Positions 1 to 11,179 of a stretch of 64,000 nucleotides of DNA are shown here, piece by piece. How positions within the stretch are numbered: position 1 is the first letter of the stretch; each line of letters starts with the position of its first letter. Below the pieces are notes generated by a model that was given only the letters and a program-made list of their open reading frames with translations, made no database searches and was not told the origin of the DNA. The translations under genes were made by a program, and so were the position numbers. Location of the stretch: the NCBI GenBank assembly GCA_040954595.2, contig CM082586.2, forward strand, positions 9,517,337-9,581,336. Reading direction: 5' to 3'. This DNA is from Balanoglossus misakiensis (taxonomy: Eukaryota > Animalia > Hemichordata).

Positions 1-70
1 TGACACTGGTGGGATTCAAACCAACTTCATCGAAATGACTGCAGGTGCCTAAAACCCCTTGACTGTAGGA
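1..70 (-). mobile_element. tRNA-derived SINE head (partial; longer copy at ~16120-16275)
   Basis: The reverse strand reads ...GTTGGTTTGAATCCCACCAGTGTCA, a B-box-like motif with a tRNA-like 3' arm. The same sequence recurs at 16206-16275. Confidence 0.35.
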
Positions 71-293
71 CACAAATGCCTGACAGTGATATAACTATGT
101 TATAATGTTACATCGACAATACATACGTTTGGGGATATGTTGTCTCAAATGATCAAATTGAGACAAATTATCCCCATCTTGTTATAAATCTGAGCCCAGG
201 TGTCTTTGGTGTGAGATTCCAGTAGTCAAGAGTAGGCTTACCTTGAATAATGTAATGCTTGTAAATTATTTCGAATTTCTTCTTACCCTCCAG

Positions 294-416
294 ATATGAA
301 TAAATGTCACAGTTGTGGAAATGCGTGTCAACACTATTGTCAGAATACCCTTGGTAGTTATCTCTGCGCTTGCAGACAGGGCTTCAATGTGCTGGAGGAT
401 GGCCATGCATGTGCAG
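294..416 (+). CDS. cbEGF-like exon A, copy 1 (fibrillin/fibulin-like EGF-repeat gene)
   Basis: Splice sites ccctccag|...|gtatgt, 123 nt, phase 1-1. Translates (D)[40 protein letters not shown], matching the EGF cysteine pattern with CxNxxGSYxCxC. Confidence 0.8.
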
Positions 417-1088
417 GTATGTAACTGTGGATATTGATCTCTTCTGTGGCTACACTGTTTGGGGATTGTATATTGCTATGGTTACAATCAGCTAAACTCA
501 CATCCTGTCAGTCCATTGCACACATTTTAAAATTTGAAATCAACCGCACACTCGTACTGAACACATGTTTGTTGAAATTGTATCTCAGAATTTTTCCATT
601 TATAATTATGCATAATATAAACAAATTAACAAATGTGAAAACTTATCTTTGAAAATTTGTTTGCAAGGGTGAAAAAGTAATCTGTTGTTTTAAAAATCAG
701 ACAAAGTTTTGCTGACAGGGTACACGAGTTTCAGGGGATTTTGTTAAAATGAGAATGATAGAGAGTGTTAAAATTCCTAGATTCTGAGATTGCCATGGAT
801 ATTGAGGACTTTGACGTAAAAACAATTAATTGATCAAGAAATATGTGGTTAAGTATATGTGTGATCAACCTCACACTATACTATAAGACTGTCTGATATA
901 TTTATGCACAAGTACAATGTATTTTCACTACTTATATGCATAACTCAATCAAATTAACATAATTTATCGACCTATAGCTAAATAAATTACCACAGCAAAG
1001 AATAAATATACACTTAGAAAATTCATATAGTTTTCATCTCATTTTAAAGAAATTATAAATGCTTCTCCGAGGGGTACAATAATTTTTA

Positions 1089-1611
1089 GGGTAAGCCTAA
1101 TTCAAGATTCACGTTTCAAGATTCACGTTTCATGTTCCACAGCCCAAGATGCATATTCTGATTCAGATTCCAGTCTTGTCTAATATGTTTATGCTGCCGT
1201 AACCAGGGGTGTGAACGATTGTTTATTGTCCTCGATCCCCGCCCAAGCAAGGTTCCCCAAATATTGAAATTTACAGAAGGCATTGTTCCCTGCTGTTTTA
1301 GAGCTGTGAGTTAACTGCGTAGAGCTGCCGTTTGTCTACACAATGTTCTAAAAAAGCTGTCAAAGAGAATTTGGTCTGCTGCCAACAAATGACAGCTCAG
1401 AACAACCATTGCAGACCTGCAGATGAGCTGTGGATAGCTGACACAGCTCTAAATCAGAGCTGCAGCAGCTCTCTGCAGATCTGCAGGTTTGGTAAGGGAT
1501 GTAGATGGCGAAAGGACGTGACAAGACTCGAATCTGAATCAGAATATGAATCTTGGGCTGTGGAACGTGAAACGTGAAACTTGAAACGTGAATCTTGAAT
1601 TAGGCTTACCC
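1089..1611. mobile_element. MULE/MuDR-type MITE
   Basis: ~90-bp TIRs (GGGTAAGCCTAATTCAAGATTCACG... / ...CGTGAATCTTGAATTAGGCTTACCC) flanked by an exact 9-bp direct repeat TAATTTTTA (1080-1088, 1612-1620). Confidence 0.8.
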
Positions 1612-2002
1612 TAATTTTTAATGGGTATATTCTTGATAACTCATCACCATGAATGATCATTTCAAAACTTAACAAGGCATATGGCTAAAGAGGATTCAGT
1701 GTTTGTGCACCTTCTATCTGCAATGCTGGATCTATTGACAGTTTTCAAAGGGGTTTAAAGACTCGTCTTTTTATTCAGTACTTTCTATTTCATTCCATTG
1801 CTTTTTTGGTTAATAGGGACTGTCTTTCAGAACTCTTTGGTTTGTTTCGTGTTTTTAAGTGTAATTTATTATCCTTTAAGCTTTCACTAGTTTTCTAATT
1901 TTATTATTTTCTGTAGAAAATGCGCTGAGATGTATGTGTATTATGTTTGTCAGGAAATAAATAATAATAAAATTAAAAATAATAAACTATCTTTGATTTC
2001 AG

Positions 2003-2119
2003 ATGTCAATGAATGTATGGAGAGAGCAGATCTTTGTGAAGGCCAGTGTGTGAATACAGCAGGCTCTTTTTATTGCACTTGTGTTGTGGGATATTGATTG
2101 GTCAATTGAGAGTGTACAG
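2003..2119 (+). pseudogene. cbEGF-like exon B, copy 1, with two in-frame TGA stops
   Basis: Splice sites tttcag|...|gtaag. Translates (D)VNECMERADLCEGQCVNTAGSFYCTCVVGY*LVN*ECT. Confidence 0.8.
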
Positions 2120-2174
2120 GTAAGACCAGCACAATATGTGGGCAACGAAAGGTCCTGTATCTGTAACTTTTGAA

Positions 2175-2341
2175 TTTCTATGGCATAAATACCATACCTT
2201 TGATCCAACCTATAGCCTAATATATCTCGCCCTCTAACGACCGCTGAGATAAAAAACTTTCCCCTGATTACGTCATACTCACCGAGTACATATACCACCT
2301 GTCCAGCCGTGAATATTCAGTATTATTATCTCAGCACGAGA
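2175..2341 (+). repeat. DIRS left inverted terminal repeat
   Basis: ~2195-2341 is the reverse complement of ~7650-7792; 2175-2218 is complementary to the first half of the ICR. Confidence 0.92.
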
Positions 2342-2626
2342 CAGCGGACATCTTCTCTCTTGAGGTGTTGGATTTTTGTCAAGAAGTGCTCAGCCCTTCG
2401 ACCATTGCTGCTTTTCGCCTGAGGTTTTTCGATTGGGGAAGTAGATAAGTAACGACTTATTTTCTAAACTGCTTGCTTGTGTTATTTTGGCACTTGCAAA
2501 GTTTGTTTTTCGGATTTTTCCCACACGTGTACGGGTCAGTGTGTAGGGCTTCTGCGGTATTGTCTTTTCATATAGCCTTCAGAAGCCATTTTTGCTTGTG
2601 CATTTTTTCGTGTTTTCACTGGAACC

Positions 2627-4379
2627 ATGACGGAGAGAGTTTCTGACACCGCGTCGCGGTCGTCTTCTCGTACTCCTTCGGAAATAGAAGACTCTCAACT
2701 GCCTATTCCGGGTCAAGCTTTCCATTCAGCGCACTCTGAAGAGCCTGATGTTTTTTTCTGAGTTAGCTAGGGGGTCATCCCAAGATGGCGGCCATGCTTC
2801 TGCTAGGGCTTCGCTCGCTTCGAAGCGATCCAAGTTGGATTCATCAGCTGCTAGGACGGTTGCAGAAACTCCTGTTTTGCCGGTTTCTTCCTTTTTGGAT
2901 GCAGCAGTTCCGGGTCCGTCTCATTTGGGAGGTGTTTCATCGGCGCAAACTGTTCAGTCAGGTGTTTGGCCGAATTATGCAGGTATGTCTTCTAGGTATT
3001 TTCATACGGTTCCTACCTCCGTCTTGGCTAATCCAGTGCCTTCGACGTCCATAGGTAGTGCCGGTAGTGTGTGGGGAGGGCTTCACAGCCCACCCCCTAT
3101 GTGTGTACCAGACCAATTAGCTTCGGGAGTCGCTCAGGCTGGTGGGAATTTTCCCCCTCCGGGCTTCCAACAGTCGTGGGGTTTCCCATGGACTTGTCCT
3201 CCCTCTAATTTGGCGGCACCACTTCAGTCCACAAGCTGGGGTATGCCTGCTCAAGCTAATCGGGTCTCTGTGTCGGGCCAAAATCCTGTGCACAGTGGTC
3301 ACACTGTCCCTGCCCCTCCTATTTCCTCCTTCGATGTTTCACAATCGGAGTCAGAGGGGCATGATGAGGACGAAGACAATTTGTCCGATCAAGAGGAAAC
3401 TAGTCGCGCCAGTCAATGGGCTGACGCGGTTATGCTAGTGTATAATACTGTACCCCCTGAGGAATGTCCCCCACCCACTGCTGAAGTGTCGGCAGAACAG
3501 CTGACGGCTTCTTTTGAACATGTGTTGGGTAAGGCAGCTGATCCGGTACACCGAAAGCTACCTTTTATTCCTCGTCTGTCGTCTCTGATAGACACGGTAC
3601 ATGCCGAGATTAACGGCACCAGGGACTTTTGTTACACTGCTAACAAGAAACCTCGTTGTTACCCTCAAGGGATGCCAAGTCATGTTTTCCCATTGGTGTC
3701 TAGACCTCAGGGTAGTCGCGTGTTTGATCTTACACGTGGACCATTCTACCACTCTGCACCAGCGGTTGATTAATCCGCAAAGCAGTTGGTAAGAAATAAA
3801 GAGGTTTTGAGGAATTATGTGATTAGGGCTGAGGATTTTGCCCGCTTAGAGGCAACTACTCGTCTTTCCGCAAGGATCTCTAATTGCACTTTTCTGTTAC
3901 TCTCAGCTTTAAGCAGAGAGCTTAAACCCATGCAGGAGGGTGAATCTACTCCTCAGATAGCAGAAAATTGGCAGCATGCCAAACTGTTGTTAACTGAAGC
4001 CGCTAAGGCTGTGGTTTATCAAGCAGAATTGAATTCTCGTATGGCAGCGTCTCAAGTGTTGATGACGCGTGACCATCTTATCAGTCATCTTCCTTTGGAA
4101 AGGGAGGCAGCTCGTACTGCCCGTCTTCTCCCATGGTCAGGTCCATTGGTTTTTAATGGGCAATTTGATGCTGTTCTTAGAACAAATGAGGAGTTGCTTA
4201 AGCAGAAGTTGGCTGTAGAACAGTTAGCAGTAGCACAAGCTCAGTCTTCTGTCTCTGGGTCAAAGTTCACCGGCAAACGGAAGTTTGCTAGGAAGAGACC
4301 ATTTAACAAGCAAAGGAAGGGTCAGCCCTTTCGTCAGCAGACTAAGCCCCCCAAAGTGGCTAGCAGCCAGCACAAGTGA
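2627..4379 (+). pseudogene. DIRS ORF1 (gag-like), with a frameshift and an in-frame stop
   Basis: The ATG at 2627 gives MTERVSDTAS...EEPDVFF*. Removing one T from the T7 run at 2751-2757 joins it to ORF 2748-3773. ORF 3786-4379 is in the same frame after a single TAA at 3771. It lies upstream of RT, as in DIRS1 elements. Confidence 0.75.
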
Positions 4380-4404
4380 CTACACAAGTCAGGACAAAGG
4401 GGTA

Positions 4405-6475
4405 ATGGGGTCACAATCTGTGACTATGCCCCAGACACCATTGCCACAAGTAGCAGTTGGGGGTCGTCTGAAACATTTTGTCCAGGAATGGCAGAAAATT
4501 ACAGACGACCAAACAGTCCTCTCTTTAGTTTCGGAAGGGGTTCGTCTGTTCTTCAGGACGTTTCCACCCCTTTCGTTGTATCCTCCAAGTCATTTGGTAT
4601 CGCACCCTTCCCCTCCTATGTGGAGGGCCATACAGGGGCTGTTGGAAAAAGGGGCCATTCAAAAGGTCCCTTTACCAGTTCAGGATACGGGGTTTTTCAG
4701 TCGTGTTTTCCTTATTCCAAAGAAATCACAGGGATGGAGACCCATTTTGGACCTGAGCGTGCTCAATCAGTACATTATAATCGAGTCTTTCCGTATGGAA
4801 ACCACTCGAACTATTCGTCAGGCTCTCTCCACGGGAGATTGGGCAACGACGATAGACTTGCAGGACGCTTATTTCCACATTCCTATCCATGCTCACTTCC
4901 AGAGGTACTTTCGCTTTGCGAGAGGGAGCAAACTGTTCCAGTTTGTGGCTCTTCCGTTCGGTTTGGCCACTGCCCCGGCTTTTTTTTACACGGGTAGTAG
5001 GGGCGTTGATGGCTTTTCTTCATTCCCGAGCAGTACAAGCCAATCCATACCTGGACGACTGGTTGCTACACAATTCCAGTTTCCAGTTGACACTGGCAGA
5101 CACACAAACCACACTACGGGAGACCGTTCGTGTGGGGTTCATTCCGAGCACAGACAAGTCTTGTCTAATCCCCTCACAGAGGATCCAGTTCATTGGCATG
5201 GTCATGGATCTGTCCAAGGGTTTAGTTTTCCCTACGGAGGAAAACCTGTTGAAATTAGAACAACAAGTGCATCGGATCAGTTCAGAGTCCATGGTCCAAG
5301 CAAGCACATTGCTCAGCATCCTGGGTCGCATGAACTTTCTAGCCGAGGCAATACCTTTAGGCAGACTACATATGAGGCCAATTCAACTGTTCCTGTTGGC
5401 TCATTGGAGGCCGGTATCCGGTCAGTTGACAGACCTTATTCAGGTAAAGCCACCTCTAGTTTCACACCTGCAATGGTGGCTAGACAGGGGGAATACTCTC
5501 GAGGGAAATCTCCTAGTATCCCCGTTGGCGACGGTGTCACTGTTTGTGGACGCATCTCTCCAAGGATGGGGTGCACACTTGGGAGACAGGACAATTTCAG
5601 GGATATGGTCAGTCGACCAGTCAGTGCGGCACATAAATTGGTTGGAAATGAAGGCAGTACAGTATGCACTTCTCCACTTTCACCAAGACATTTGCGGCAA
5701 GGTGATTCTGATCAGGTCAGACAACACCACAGTAGTCGCATTTATAAATCACCAGGGCGGCACCAGATCACCCAGCCTGTGTTATCTGGTATGGGACATG
5801 CTGAATTGGTGCCAGGCGAACAGCATCACGCTGAAAGCACTCCACGTTCAGGGCACAAGCAACATTCTGGCAGATGCTCTATCACGGGACAAGTTCTATC
5901 CACTAGAGTGCGCTCTACGGCAACCGCTAGTAGAGCAGATTTGTCTGATTTGGGACAGGCCCCACGTAGACCTATTTGCGACAGCCAAGAATCGCAAGTT
6001 CCCGATTTACGCGTCACTAAGGTCGGAACCACAAGCACTAGCATGCGACGCTCTGTCAATTTGCTGGAAGGGAATGTTGGCATATGCATTTCCCCCACTA
6101 CCGTTGATCTCCAGGGTAATTTCCAAGGTAGCACACGAAGAATGCGAAATACTTCTAGTTGCACCACTATGGCCAACACGTCCTTGGTTTCCAAGACTAC
6201 TCCAGTTACTGGTGGACTGTCCACTGACATTACCACAGAATTGCATGGAGGAGACTGTTCGGCTGCCTCCGGTAGCACAACACCTTCACCTCCACGCTTG
6301 GAGACTATCAAGCTCAGTTTGCAGGCAAGAGGCTTTTCTGCAGAAGCTGCCTCGCGCATCGCACAACACCGACGAGCATCCACCACGGCAGCATATGATT
6401 CAAAGTGGTGTTCCTTTCGTCATTGGTGTGAGAAAAGGTCGATTGATTTTCTCAGACCCACGCCTCCTCAGCTAG
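4405..6475 (+). pseudogene. DIRS pol: reverse transcriptase, RNase H and methyltransferase-like domain; frameshift at ~4981-4987
   Basis: RT motifs: VGGRLKHFVQEW, FFSRVFLIPKK, WRPILDLS, TIDLQDAYFHIPI, LPFGLATAP, then after the frameshift FTRVV...YLDDWL. RNase H: FVDASLQGWGA, HINWLEMKAV, SDNTTV, NILADALSR. MT-like: DLFATAKN...YAFPP...LVAPLWPTRPWF. Confidence 0.93.
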
Positions 6476-7365
6476 CAGATTTTTTCCTCTACTTGTTTAA
6501 GGAGAAAAAGACAGCAGTGAGCACTATTAAGGCGTACCGTTCAGCTATAGGTAACACACTTCGATTGTTGGGTGAGGAAGTTACTACCCTGGACGGGTCT
6601 ATTTCTGCTTTGATTAGTAATTTCTCTTTGGCGCGACCAGTTGTAAAGTCACTGGTTCCCCAGTGGAGTTTATCTTTGGTTCTACATGCTTTATTAGGAG
6701 CTCCATTTGAACCTTTGCAAACAGCAGAGATGAAGTTCTTGACGTACAAGACTGTTTTTCTTTTGGCATTAGCTACGGCAGGTCGCCGTAGTGAGCTTCA
6801 TGCCCTGTCTATGGCTTCAGCTCATATTCGTTGGTCAGCAGACAGTGTCACTTTGCTTACTGACCCAGCTTTCTTGGCAAAGAATCGGATTGCGGATCTG
6901 CCACAATCGCCTCTGGTTATTCCGAAACTGACGAAGTTAGTCGGTCAGCGTTCAGAGGATAGGTTGCTCTGTCCTATCAGAGCACTGAAGTATTATTTGC
7001 AGAGAACAAAAGACAGGAGGGGAGAGCAGACAAGACTGTTTATCTCCATTAGGGTTACACCCAGTATGTCTATTTCACAGTCGACTATTTCCAGATGGAT
7101 CGTCGAGACTATTAAGTTTGCTTATTCTAGCCCTTCAGAAGAAGCAATTAGCTGGGCTAAGGTGTCAGCTCATGAAGTCAGAGCTCTTGCTGCTTCATGG
7201 TCACTTTTTTCAGGGACTTCCATGGCTGATTTATTGTCTGCAGTCCAGTGGAGATCACAGACTACTTTTTCCTCTGCTTATCTGCGAGATATGGCAGCGG
7301 AAGCAGATGGCTTATTTTCCTTGGGTCCTATCTGTGTAGCTGAAAGGGTAGCTCACAGTAAGTAA
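4488..7365 (+). CDS. DIRS tyrosine recombinase ORF overlapping pol (catalytic part ~6300-7365)
   Basis: Motifs RRASTTAAYDSKW, LALATAGRRSEL (R), LCPIRAL, HEVRALAAS (HxxR) and QWRSQTTFSSAY (W...Y). Track ORFs 4488-4997 and 4285-7365 join into one frame if the extra T at ~4985 is removed. Confidence 0.9.
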
Positions 7366-7440
7366 TAGCCTGGTTCTTTCTGTTGGAATTTTGTTTTTTT
7401 CGGTTCAAGTCCCACCGCCAGTTGTTCCTTGGGACTCTGT

Positions 7441-7538
7441 AGGCTATAGGTTGGATCAAAGGTATGGTATTTATGCCATAGAAACAAAAAATTTTCTATT
7501 TTCGTTTCTGTTAGTAAATACTTACCTTTGATCCAACC
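7441..7538 (+). repeat. DIRS internal complementary region (ICR)
   Basis: 7441-7484 is the reverse complement of the left end (2175-2218). 7485-7538 is the reverse complement of the right end (7777-7830), with one mismatch. Confidence 0.93.
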
Positions 7539-7649
7539 AGATACCCACCCGCCTCCCCACACTTGACCTGTGACTGTTTTTCCATTATTCATAAATTTTG
7601 GATGGGTCCTCAGTGCGTGGGCAGCATAGTTTCGGCCTGAGCAGTTATT

Positions 7650-7833
7650 TCTCGTGCTGAGCAATACTGAATATTCACGGCTGGACAGGTGGTATATGTA
7701 CTCGGTGAGTATGACGTAATCAGGGGAAAGTTTTTTATCTCAGCGGTCGTTAGAGGGCGAGATATATTAGGCTATAGGTTGGATCAAAGGTAAGTATTTA
7801 CTAACAGAAACGAAAATAGAAATTTTTTTGTTT
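7650..7833 (+). repeat. DIRS right inverted terminal repeat plus right extension
   Basis: Reverse complement of the left ITR, followed by a ~40-bp extension matched only by the ICR. Confidence 0.92.
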
Positions 7834-7915
7834 TTATTCAATATTATTCTGGGTGTCACCCATCATTTCTTGTTCAGCTCGGTGAAGCTAGGTAAGCAAT
7901 GTTGTTATTGTTTAA

Positions 7916-8517
7916 AGCCTCAGTATTTCTTGTAGGGGCAAAATTTTGTTTGAAACGGCATCTATAATTTCTAAAAGTAGATGATAATTGATACTGAATC
8001 GAACAGTCATCATCCCCAGCTCTGCTCATAAACTCATACAATTTACAATATAACGAGTGAAGAATGACTTTCTGTCCGGACAGAAAGTCACGTGAGTCAG
8101 GCTCCTGTTGACACATGTGACTAGTGCGCATGCGCACTCCAATGTGAATCTATGCGGAAGAGGTTTGGTCGCCCCAAATCAAGCGACTCAGCGAAGAAAT
8201 GCGCACTAATTCGGCGAAATTTTGGGAAGATAACTTTATGGGAGAAATCAGTCGATGGAACCAGATCAAATCCGAAAATGGTCTGACCATCAAATGTCAA
8301 AGTGGCACGTTTGCTGATCGACGTGTACAACATTTCCGTTGTAAACAAACCCGCGCATCATTTCAAGTGTTACGGAAAATATTTACAGCTTGCATGTAGC
8401 TACAGTTGCCCAAACCTTTCTTCTATCTTCATTATGTAGTATTCCATGATGAATGTACAGGAAAAACGGGCATTTTTCGATGATGAAAAATGGATACACA
8501 CGAGAAATACTGGGGCT
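7916..8517. mobile_element. Non-autonomous DNA transposon with TTAA TSD and AG...CT termini (Kolobok-like)
   Basis: Reads TTAA|AGCCTCAGTATTTCT...AGAAATACTGGGGCT|TTAA. The paralogous empty site gtTTAAacattg is at ~24087. Confidence 0.85.
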
Positions 8518-8892
8518 TTAAACATTGTATTCAAGCCTGGGTCTGGACTGCAATTTGTCAATAATAACAGTGATTGGTAACTGCATGTTTTCATAACTGG
8601 CTATCTGTTAAAGAGACCAGCTGTTCTTTTTGCTGTGTGTACAGTACACATGCCATTGGCAGCTTATGGCTTAGTCAGTGTTTGCCTGTTGATTTCTCTA
8701 TGTGTGTGTGTCAGTCTGTCTGTATATGTACTCCGGTGTAGACTTTTTTATTGTGTTATCCCTGAATGGGACCACTGTGTCCTTAACGCGATGTTTTACA
8801 CTCAGCAGCGATATTTTGTCTAACACGAGCAAAAATATCCCCAACTCGTCTGAGAAATCTTATACAAGGTCCTAAGGTTGTGAGATTTATGG

Positions 8893-9290
8893 AATCTCAC
8901 ACTCCCAAGACTTGGGATCATATTTCTCACATGTGTTGAGGATTTTCTGTCCCAAACAAGCTGCAGGCGAGTGTTGGACAAAATATCCCTGACGAGTGTG
9001 AGAAATATGATCCCAGGTCCTTCATGTATGAGATTATATTTCTCATACGGCCACAAATTAGCCAAATTCATCTGAAAACATTGAATAAATGACTCTTGAA
9101 CTGTCATCTGGCATGTTGTAGATTCTGTATCGCGTCATAGGATAACATTTAACACACGTTATTAAAGAACACTTTGTCATCCAATCAGCGATCGCGTCAT
9201 ATAAAGCTTTCGATTCAGTGAGAATGTGGGATTGATTTGTTCTCACACTCTGATCCCACACTCTCAGCATGCCAGGAGTGTGAGAATCTA
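8893..9290. mobile_element. Hairpin non-autonomous element (Crypton-like); copies at ~13715-14070 and ~24481-24812
   Basis: Long imperfect palindrome 8893-9034 centred on AAGCTGCAGGCGAGT, followed by a segment bounded by TTTCTCATAC...GTGTGAGAA. Confidence 0.5.
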
Positions 9291-9611
9291 TTTAGATCTA
9301 CGAGTTTGAAATCTTAGGTGAAGAGTTTATCAATTTCACTGCCAACCCTGTAGGGCATTCTGGGATATGTGTTCATGCCAAAGCACAAACAGTTATGACC
9401 TGACAGCTCAGTTTGTAAATCATTTCTACAAATCCACAAAGAGACTCAAAGTTTAGAAAAGTTGTGTCTGTTAGAAATATTAGAAATATTACTGTTAATA
9501 CTTAATTTCAAAGCCATGTGAATTTGTTCACTTTAGGGAAATTTTTAAAGGAAGGGAGGATTGGTATTGACTTGAATAATTACAATGGATGTTTTTGTTC
9601 TCTATTTTCAG

Positions 9612-9734
9612 ATGTGAATAATGAGTGTTCAGATTCTGTTTGTGCTGGAGGGTGTCTCAATGCAGAGGGTGGATTCAGCTGTAATTGTGGTGATGATGGT
9701 TTCTCTCTGAGTGCAGATCATGTCAATTGTTTAG
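9612..9734 (+). CDS. cbEGF-like exon C, copy 1
   Basis: Splice sites ttttcag|...|gtaagt, 123 nt, phase 1-1. Translates (D)VNNECSDSVCAGGCLNAEGGFSCNCGDDGFSLSADHVNCL. Confidence 0.82.
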
Positions 9735-10165
9735 GTAAGTTTTTTTTGAGTGGGGAGGGGATAGACCAACAATTGCTTTGCATTTCCTGCCTCAAAAGGG
9801 CGCTTACACAAGTTGTAAGTGGCAAAGATTACAGCGAGTCACCATGTAAAAAAAATAATAAATAAAAGTTATCAGGCACTTTCCAAAGTTACACATTTAG
9901 AAAAAAATGAGTTTGTTGTCTCGTGTGTGATATTTTTGGCTAACAAAACACTAGCGTCTAATGTGGTTACTACATTGTTTGTTTATCAGTATACAGTACT
10001 GGTACAGATAAACATATGATATGACCAAGTTATATGCCAGATGATATTTATCAAGTTTCACACAATTTTGCTCTCTTGTCGTATATTTTTTTCAAAGCCA
10101 ACTGTACATGTAATTCAGATGTATTCATTCAAACACAATTTATCATATTTGTGTTTTCCCCACAG

Positions 10166-10291
10166 ATGACAATGAGTGCAATCAAGCTGGTTGGTCACCG
10201 TGCCAACAAGTATGTTACAACACACCAGCCAGTTACCAGTGTGGTTGTAGACCAGGATTTAAGTTGCACAGAAATCAACATACATGTGTTG
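10166..10291 (+). CDS. cbEGF-like exon D, copy 1
   Basis: Splice sites ccccacag|...|gtgagt, 126 nt, phase 1-1. Translates (D)[41 protein letters not shown]. Confidence 0.82.
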
Positions 10292-10442
10292 GTGAGTATC
10301 TACAATTTGGAGAGAAAGTAAGATGTATGTGTTTGTACTATGTAAGTGTCTAATACATGTACATGTATATGTGACACTGAAATCATACATTGTACAGTCA
10401 GTCATTGGTAAATGTCTGCTATTCATGACACAAATCAACATA

Positions 10443-10628
10443 CAGTCAAACCTGTCTGAGTGGCCACCTCTATGAAACAGCCACATATATATAGTGGCCA
10501 CTTTATTCTGGTCCCTGTGTAATTTACATCCGCTTTAATTGACTTTTCTACCAGGTATAATGGCCACCTGTCTATAAAGGCCAGTTTAGGAAAGTCCCTT
10601 CACTAGCCATAATGGGCAGGTTTGACTG
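10443..10628. mobile_element. Tc1/mariner-pogo (Tigger-like) MITE; copy at 15187-15372
   Basis: Reads TA|CAGTCAAACCTGTC...GGCAGGTTTGACTG; the right TA is decayed to CA. Confidence 0.65.
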
Positions 10629-11179
10629 CACTTGTGTTAATTTCTGTCTGTTATACATGTAACAGAACACTTCATGAATCATGACATTATAGGCGTTTTC
10701 ATAAAGAGGGCACACTTCCAAAATAAGGTGTCATCTCCAAGCAGACAATGTGAAAAAGGAGGCCAGTAGGTTACAGAGTACTGCTTGAGCTCATCTAGTT
10801 TGTTGTATACATGATACAAGTTGCGTGTAAAACTGACCTTACAATAAAATGTGGCTGTCGAAAGTCAGTCCCAACTATAGTGTTGATACACAAGACAATT
10901 GAGTTTTTACTCTGGCCTCGTGTTCGCGTCTTGGAAGGGTAACATGACTGCATAGCAATGTTTTATTACAATTTGATACATAGAGAAATGGACTACTGTG
11001 ACAGTATTGACTCTGGGAACTATGTAAATGATTCCCAGCCTCAAAATTCTGACTGTCTACAATTATATTTTTTAGCATTTTTGTTGTGTATATCAACTGC
11101 ACTTTCAAGTACAGTCAAACCCGTCTAACACCAAAGGGACTGAAGAAATTATTCAGATTGCAGGTGTCCAATTTCAATT

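Larger units (their letters stand above)
2175..7833 (+). mobile_element. DIRS1-like tyrosine-recombinase retrotransposon, full length, lightly disrupted
   Basis: Has inverted terminal repeats, an internal complementary region, and gag, RT-RNaseH-MT and YR frames. Flanked by TTT at both ends and absent at the paralogous site ~24008. Confidence 0.97.
8915..11055 (+). repeat. Segmental duplication block, paralogous to ~13713-15875
   Basis: Near-identical intron and exon sequence, e.g. track ORFs 9819 and 14585, 10034 and 14809. Confidence 0.9.

Noticed and set aside
2095-2097. Selenocysteine recoding of the TGA in EGF exon B
   Set aside because: The TGA is not at a Cys position, both copies carry further lesions, and I identified no SECIS.
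5826-6749. Antisense ORFs within the DIRS element
   Set aside because: Expected shadows of constrained coding sequence, with no motifs of their own.
4285-7365. 1026-aa ORF as a novel RT-tyrosine recombinase fusion protein
   Set aside because: It lacks the YLDD, which lies in the next frame. It arises from a one-base frameshift joining the RT N-terminus to the overlapping YR frame.
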